Of a stretch of 4,194 nucleotides of DNA, positions 1 to 4,194 are shown piece by piece. The stretch lies in IMG/VR virus record IMGVR_UViG_2778261675_000002. The stretch is one strand, 5' to 3'. Source of the DNA: a virus (lineage: Duplodnaviria > Heunggongvirae > Uroviricota > Caudoviricetes). The number at the start of each line of letters is the position of its first letter. Within the stretch, counting starts at the first letter, position 1. The position numbers and the translations under genes were made by a program. The notes under the pieces are model-generated. The model saw only the letters and a list, made by a program, of their open reading frames with translations, did no database searches and was not told the origin of the DNA.

Positions 1-3065
<3,065 letters not shown>

Positions 3066-3070
3066 TCACG

Positions 3071-3074
3071 CTCC
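3071..3074 (-). promoter_or_regulatory. Shine-Dalgarno (GGAG) for J, 8-nt spacer to the ATG
   Basis: Minus-strand sense reads ...GTTTATGGAGCGTGAGGA-ATG. The GGAG (plus-strand 'ctcc' at 3071-3074) is 8 nt from the start codon. A second GAGGA abuts the ATG directly and is too close to act as the SD. Confidence 0.55.
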
Positions 3075-3104
3075 ATAAACGATAAAACCGCCCGGAGGCG
3101 GTTT
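3075..3104 (-). terminator. Perfect 8-bp stem / 4-nt loop hairpin with a U-rich 3' tract in the I–J spacer; possible weak intrinsic terminator or RNA-stabilising/processing hairpin
   Basis: Minus-strand sense: AAACCGCC-UCCG-GGCGGUUU followed by UAUCGUUUAU (plus-strand 3085-3092 aaaccgcc, 3097-3104 ggcggttt). It lies 18 nt after the I stop and about 40 nt before the J start. The stem is palindromic so it also forms on the plus strand, but there it lacks a clean U-tract. Confidence 0.3.
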
Positions 3105-3122
3105 CACATAAAACATTTTGCA

Positions 3123-3770
3123 TCAGCGACCAATCACCACAACCTGACCACCATCCCCTTCGTCTGCCGTGCTGATCTCCTGAGAAACCACACGTGACCC
3201 CACGCGCATTTCACCGTACAGAACAGGCAGAACATTGCCCTGGGCAACCATGTTATCCAGTGAGGAGAAATAGGTGTTCTGTTTGCCGTTATCTGTACTG
3301 GCTGCCGTGGGCGTCCTGGCTTTCGGTGCCAGCATCTGCGCCACTCCGCCCAGGATCATACTGGCCCCTGCCGCATACATGCCCGATACAGCCGCGGCCC
3401 CCAGCCAGCCCACAGGGTTCCACCATGCCACCGCAATCAGCGCCGCCCCAAGCACCACCTGAAACACACCGCCACTTTTAGCTCCCGCCAGACGCGGCAC
3501 GATGTGGATCACGGCACCATTTGCCAGCGGCTCATTAAGACGGGCAGATAATTCATTTTCGCCTGCATCACGCCCGGCAATGCGCACCTGATACCAGCCC
3601 TCATTCAGTTTCTGACGAAACACCGGGAGCTGTGTGGCCAGTGCCCGGATGGCTTCAGCCCCCGTTTTCACACGAAGGTCGATACGGCGACCAAATCGTT
3701 GCAAATCCCCGTAAAGGCAGATGCGTGCCATGCCCGGTGACGCCAGAGGGAGTGTGTGCGTCGCTGCCAT
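3123..3770 (-). CDS. I: Tail tip assembly protein I (lambda gpI family), complete, 215 aa
   Basis: ORF-track entry 3123..3770 (-). ATG at 3768-3770 and TGA stop at 3123-3125 confirmed by hand. Protein starts MAATHTLPLASPGMARICLYGDLQRFGRRIDLRVKTGAEAIRALATQLP and ends SRVVSQEISTADEGDGGQVVVIGR, matching lambda gpI at both ends as recalled. Gene order and the 60-nt spacer before J are as in lambda. Confidence 0.93.
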   Translation of the reverse strand: MAATHTLPLASPGMARICLYGDLQRFGRRIDLRVKTGAEAIRALATQLPVFRQKLNEGWYQVRIAGRDAGENELSARLNEPLANGAVIHIVPRLAGAKSGGVFQVVLGAALIAVAWWNPVGWLGAAAVSGMYAAGASMILGGVAQMLAPKARTPTAASTDNGKQNTYFSSLDNMVAQGNVLPVLYGEMRVGSRVVSQEISTADEGDGGQVVVIGR

Positions 3771-4194
3771 TTGTCGGTGTACCTCTCTCGTTTACTCAGT
3801 TGTTCAGGAATATGGTGCAGCAGCTCGCCGTCGCCACAGTAAATGGCGGCATGATTCGGCACCGATGAACCAAAACAGCACAGCAGCACATCGCCCGGCT
3901 GGGCCGCTGACAACGGCACCTGATACAACCCCGTTGCCTCCATATTATCCAGATAGAGATTCTGGCCGTGACGCCACCAGTCATCCCCGCGATGAAAATC
4001 CGGCATCTCAATTCCCGCCAGATGGTAAGCGTCCCGGAACAGCGTGTAACAGTCCGTCACCCCGTGCTCAAAGCGCCGCCCGGTGAGATGCGGCACACAG
4101 CGGAATTTATGAATCGCCCCCCGGCAGACCAGCCACCACGGCAAATCACTCTGCACCTGCAGCCGCCGGTCGGCCTCACTCAGCCAGGGCAGAC
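3668..4194 (-). CDS. K: Tail tip assembly protein K (lambda gpK family; NlpC/P60-like cysteine-peptidase signature), 5' end truncated by the window edge
   Basis: ORF-track entry 3668..4156 (-) with TGA stop at 3668-3670. The track's 'M' at 4154-4156 is an internal GTG (Val) codon. The same frame stays open to the window edge; hand translation of 4157-4192 gives LPWLSEADRRLQ ahead of VQSDLPWW. The protein (...HGVTDCYTLFRDAY...PGDVLLCCFGSSVPNHAAIYCGDGELLHHIP...) matches lambda gpK as recalled. Lambda K is about 199 aa, so roughly 24 N-terminal codons lie outside the window. Confidence 0.93.
   Translation of the reverse strand, partial: LPWLSEADRRLQVQSDLPWWLVCRGAIHKFRCVPHLTGRRFEHGVTDCYTLFRDAYHLAGIEMPDFHRGDDWWRHGQNLYLDNMEATGLYQVPLSAAQPGDVLLCCFGSSVPNHAAIYCGDGELLHHIPEQLSKRERYTDKWQRRTHSLWRHRAWHASAFTGICNDLVAVSTFV
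3782..3785 (-). promoter_or_regulatory. Candidate Shine-Dalgarno (GAGG within GAGAGAGG) for I, embedded in the K coding sequence
   Basis: Minus-strand sense reads CGAGAGAGGTACACCGACAA-ATG. The GAGG is 11 nt upstream of the I start, which is rather long for an SD spacer. Initiation could instead be coupled to K translation. Confidence 0.3.

Noticed and set aside
3194-3481. Plus-strand ORFs 3194..3481 and 3274..3462 opposite gene I
   Set aside because: Antisense to the I gene. The translations are Pro/Ala-rich and low-complexity. Shadow ORFs.
3632-4086. Plus-strand ORFs 3632..3868 and 3721..4086 and minus-strand ORF 3796..4011 in the K/I region
   Set aside because: Antisense or off-frame relative to K and I. 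The 71-aa minus-strand ORF is an alternative frame inside K with a Cys/Arg-rich nonsense translation.
4154-4156. Track-reported start codon of the K ORF
   Set aside because: The codon is GTG and sits mid-protein relative to lambda gpK (…RRLQ-V-QSDLPWW…). The frame stays open upstream to the window edge, so the true start lies beyond position 4194.

Overview
The whole 4,194-bp window is accounted for by the tail-tip morphogenesis module of a lambda-like (lambdoid) siphophage or prophage, all encoded on the minus strand in the order K – I – J. It holds the 3' ~175 codons of K (start beyond the window's right edge), a complete I gene of 215 codons, and the first 1,020 codons of J (C-terminus beyond coordinate 1). 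I translated the minus strand by hand at several points (J codons 1-41, the J segments at 1921-1980, 2401-2460, 421-480 and 3-179, and both ends of I and K). All are in one continuous frame and match the lambda J, I and K proteins as I remember them; no database search was run. The supplied ORF track misses J because the 3,060-nt open frame has no stop inside the window. Every plus-strand ORF in the track, including the 510-aa one, is an antisense shadow of these genes. I find no evidence of a novel or undescribed system: no RNA genes, CRISPR, mobile-element ends or unexplained coding space. The points worth a second look are the onset of divergence in the J C-terminal (receptor-binding) region, a terminator-like hairpin in the 60-nt I–J spacer, the 103-nt K/I overlap, and a Gly-Gly plus hydrophobic segment in gpI paired with an NlpC/P60-like Cys-His-His arrangement in gpK.
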